Shown here: in pieces, positions 61,259-64,000 of the stretch
How positions within the stretch are numbered: position 1 is the first letter of the stretch
Layout of the letters: each line of letters opens with the position of its first letter
Origin: Synechococcus sp.
GTDB taxonomy: Bacteria; Cyanobacteriota; Cyanobacteriia; PCC-6307; Cyanobiaceae
Direction: 5' to 3'
Assembly: GCA_047284725.1 (NCBI GenBank)
Contig: JBJBEO010000001.1
Coordinates: 192,001 to 256,000 of the forward strand
Length of the DNA: 64,000 nucleotides
Notes under the pieces: generated by a model
The model's input: the letters and a program-made list of their open reading frames with translations, nothing else
Told to the model about the DNA's origin: nothing
The model's database searches: none
Program-made: the position numbers and the translations under genes

Positions 61259-62446
61259 ATGACTGCGCTGTCTGCCCGTTGGCATCGCTCGTTGCGGGAG
61301 ATCCCCGAAGAGCGATGGCAACAGCTTGTCGGCGATGCAGCGACACCCTTTTACCGCTGGGATTGGCTGGTCGCTCTTGAAGAGTCAGGCAGCATCATCC
61401 CTGAGCAGGGTTGGCAGCCACTGCACCTCTCGATTTGGCGTGACCAAAGCCAGCTGGTGGCTGTTGCACCGCTTTATCTCAAGGGGCACAGCTATGGCGA
61501 ATTTGTGTTCGACCAGGTTTTTGCTCGGTTGGCAGCTGATTTAGGCGAGCGTTACTACCCCAAGCTTGTTGGGATGAGTCCTGTGAGCCCGGTCGAGGGC
61601 TATCGCTTTCATGTCGCTCCTGGGGAAGATCTCGCTGAGCTCACGGCGTTGATGTTGAAGCTGATTGACCAATTTGCCGCTCAGCATGGAATCTTGAGCT
61701 GCAATTTTCTGTATGTGGATCCGGCTTGGCGGCCTTTCGCGGAGGCGGCCGGTTGTGCCACGTGGATGAATCAGCAGAGCCTGTGGTCTTCCGAAGGCCA
61801 GTCTACATTCAGCGACTATCTTTCCCGCTTCAATGCCAATCAAAGGCGGAATATTAAGCGTGAGCGTCGTGCTGTTCAGCGCGCTGGTCTTGCGGTGACT
61901 CCCTTAACGGGTGACGCCTTGGATGCGTCCTTGTTGCAGCGAATGCATGCCTTTTATGAGCAGCATTGTGCCCGATGGGGGATGTGGGGCAGCAAGTATC
62001 TCGAGCCTGGTTTCTTTGATCAGTTGAGCCTCCCTGCGCTTCGTGATCGGGTTGTTCTGTTCAGTGCCCATCGCGGTGATGCGTTCGATCCTGTGGCGAT
62101 GTCTCTGTGCATCCAGGATGATCAGCGGCTTTGGGGGCGTTACTGGGGAAGCGATGAAGAGATCGATTGCCTGCATTTTGAGGTGTGTTATTACGCGCCG
62201 ATTGAATGGGCTTTGAAGCGGGGGTTGGCGTGCTTTGATCCCGGAGCAGGCGGGGGTCACAAGCGTCGCCGTGGTTTTGTTGCCCGACCGCATGCCAGCT
62301 TGCACCGTTGGTATCACGCTGGAATGGATCAGTTGATTCGCGGCTGGTTGCCGCAAGCCAATGCCCTGATGCTGGAAGAGATCGATGCGATCAACGCAGA
62401 CTTGCCCTTCAACGCGGATCTCCCCGGTTTGTCATTTGTAGGCTGA
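61259..62446 (+). CDS. DUF482 / FemAB-like GNAT protein
   Basis: LYLKGHSYGEFVFD, YYPKL, LWGRYWG and LHFEVCYY. Confidence 0.88.
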   Translation: MTALSARWHRSLREIPEERWQQLVGDAATPFYRWDWLVALEESGSIIPEQGWQPLHLSIWRDQSQLVAVAPLYLKGHSYGEFVFDQVFARLAADLGERYYPKLVGMSPVSPVEGYRFHVAPGEDLAELTALMLKLIDQFAAQHGILSCNFLYVDPAWRPFAEAAGCATWMNQQSLWSSEGQSTFSDYLSRFNANQRRNIKRERRAVQRAGLAVTPLTGDALDASLLQRMHAFYEQHCARWGMWGSKYLEPGFFDQLSLPALRDRVVLFSAHRGDAFDPVAMSLCIQDDQRLWGRYWGSDEEIDCLHFEVCYYAPIEWALKRGLACFDPGAGGGHKRRRGFVARPHASLHRWYHAGMDQLIRGWLPQANALMLEEIDAINADLPFNADLPGLSFVG

Positions 62447-62450
62447 GGGC

Positions 62451-62852
62451 ATGGCCGACTTCACCTCCGTCTCTGCTCTTGCGCAGGAGCTTCATGATCT
62501 GGATGATCGTTTATCGCAACGGTTCATCTCCCTGGATCCTGCCGGCTATTTTCTGATTCGACTTGATCGCGATGCCAGGGAGCTTGTGGTTGAGCATTTC
62601 AGCAACAACTTGAACGAGCAGGGCTTAGCCACGGACCCTGAAACCGGTGAGGTGTTGTCTTGTCGTGGTGGATCGGTGCGCGCTCCGTCGGGGGTGTATC
62701 GCGCCCGTACGGCCAAAGAGATGGGAATCCAGCTCACAGAAGGGGATGGTCCCCATCCGCTCACCTGCTTAGATCATGCTCTGTATTTGGGCAGAGAGTT
62801 GCAGCGTGCTGAACGCGCCCTTCATCAAGGATTCGACTACGTCCAGGACTGA
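62451..62852 (+). CDS. DUF4346-domain protein
   Basis: LDPAGYFLI..DHALYLGREL.RAE..YVQD. Confidence 0.85.
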   Translation: MADFTSVSALAQELHDLDDRLSQRFISLDPAGYFLIRLDRDARELVVEHFSNNLNEQGLATDPETGEVLSCRGGSVRAPSGVYRARTAKEMGIQLTEGDGPHPLTCLDHALYLGRELQRAERALHQGFDYVQD

Positions 62853-62895
62853 CCTCTGGTCCCGTTCTGACCGAACCAGAGGCCTCATCGGCGTG

Positions 62896-64000
62896 TCAGG
62901 CAGGTTGGAGCTCGCGGGTGCTGCGGGGCTCCTCCGGCGGTAGCGATTCAAGCTGTTCGCGGATTTCGCGCTGAACAATGGCGCGATATTCAAGGAAGTG
63001 TTCGTTGTGGGCCAAAACCACGAGGAACTGTTCCAGCATGGCTGGATTGTTGCGTGCCATCCCAAGCATGTATCGCCAGAACCGGGTGCGGGTGTTGCGT
63101 TTGATTCCCTGGCGCCAAATCACAATGGAAAGCGCACGTAAGTCGGTGAAGGTGGGTAGTTTCGCTTTGCCTTTCCACCGGGGAGCTCCCATTTTCAGGT
63201 AATAGGAATACACCCGATCCATGTAGGCATTCGGTTCATAGAGGGCACAGAAGGCTTCCACATATTCGTTGGCAATATCGCGGATGGGTCGTGTGGGCTT
63301 GAAGTTCAGAAGGTTGGTCTGATTGACCCCTTTTGCCGCGTCTTTGTCTTGGATCAAGCGACCTTCTTTCTCCAGGCGAGCCCACAGTGCCGTGTTAGGC
63401 AGAGCTTGCAGCATGCCCATCATTGCGGCGGGAATGCCGGTGCGGGTGACGAAGTCGACGATGCGACGACCAGCCCCATCTTTTTCGCCATCAAAGCCAA
63501 TGATGAACCCTGCCATCACGCGAATCCCGTTGGCAGTGATGCGATCGACGGCCGCATCCAGTGGATTGCGCGTGTTCTGAACCTTACGTGCCGTTTCAAG
63601 GCTGGATTCATCGGGTGTTTCGATGCCAAGAAACACACTTTCGAAGCGCGCTTCGTGCATCATTCGCATCATTTCATCATCGTCGGCGAGGTCTACGGAG
63701 GCTTCGGTGGCAAAACTGAAGGGGTAGCCGCGCTCTTCCTGCCAGGTCTTGATCTGCGGGAGCAGCAGTTTGGCGTTGCGTTTGTTGCCGATGAAGTTGT
63801 CATCCACCAAAAAGATGGAGCGACGCCAACCCAGGTCGTAGAGATATTGCAGCTCGGCAATCAGTTGTTCCGGTGTTTTCGTTCGAGGCTTTCTGCCATA
63901 CAGCACGATGATGTCGCAGAACTCACAATTGAAGGGGCAGCCCCTGGAGAACTGCACGCTCATGGAGTCGTAGGCGTCGAGCTCAAGAAGATCGAAGCGT
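62896..64000 (-). CDS. B12-binding-type radical SAM protein (DUF4070 C-terminus), 5' part outside the window
   Basis: [18 protein letters not shown] and GIETP; the frame stays open to the window edge. Confidence 0.88.
   Translation of the reverse strand, partial: RFDLLELDAYDSMSVQFSRGCPFNCEFCDIIVLYGRKPRTKTPEQLIAELQYLYDLGWRRSIFLVDDNFIGNKRNAKLLLPQIKTWQEERGYPFSFATEASVDLADDDEMMRMMHEARFESVFLGIETPDESSLETARKVQNTRNPLDAAVDRITANGIRVMAGFIIGFDGEKDGAGRRIVDFVTRTGIPAAMMGMLQALPNTALWARLEKEGRLIQDKDAAKGVNQTNLLNFKPTRPIRDIANEYVEAFCALYEPNAYMDRVYSYYLKMGAPRWKGKAKLPTFTDLRALSIVIWRQGIKRNTRTRFWRYMLGMARNNPAMLEQFLVVLAHNEHFLEYRAIVQREIREQLESLPPEEPRSTRELQPA

Noticed and set aside
62853..62882. CCTCTGGT..ACCAGAGG hairpin between convergent genes as a terminator
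   Set aside because: Large loop and no U tract on either strand

Overview
GC-rich, gene-dense core-genome segment of a picocyanobacterium (Synechococcus-like, inferred from gene content and order). It carries NDH-1 genes (ndhA-I-G-E, ndhD, ndhF, ndhM, ndhO, CRR7), carotenoid genes (crtP, crtB, crtQ, Z-ISO-like), lipid genes (plsX-fabH-fabD-plsC), regulators (rpaA, rpaB, RbcR-type LysR, PedR-like LuxR), a stand-alone psbD, tRNA-Asn and many housekeeping genes. I saw no transposase, integrase, prophage or CRISPR array. The most interesting part is the cell-surface locus at about 35.4-46.5 kb. It has two tandem SLH-porins whose 5' parts are almost identical at DNA level while their barrels diverge, Yfr1-type seed sites in their leaders, a Yfr1-like double-hairpin element behind the first porin, and three flanking GT-C-type glycosyltransferases. 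A second candidate is a possible pterin-related cluster at 59.4-62.9 kb. All calls come from motif recognition by eye; no database searches were run.
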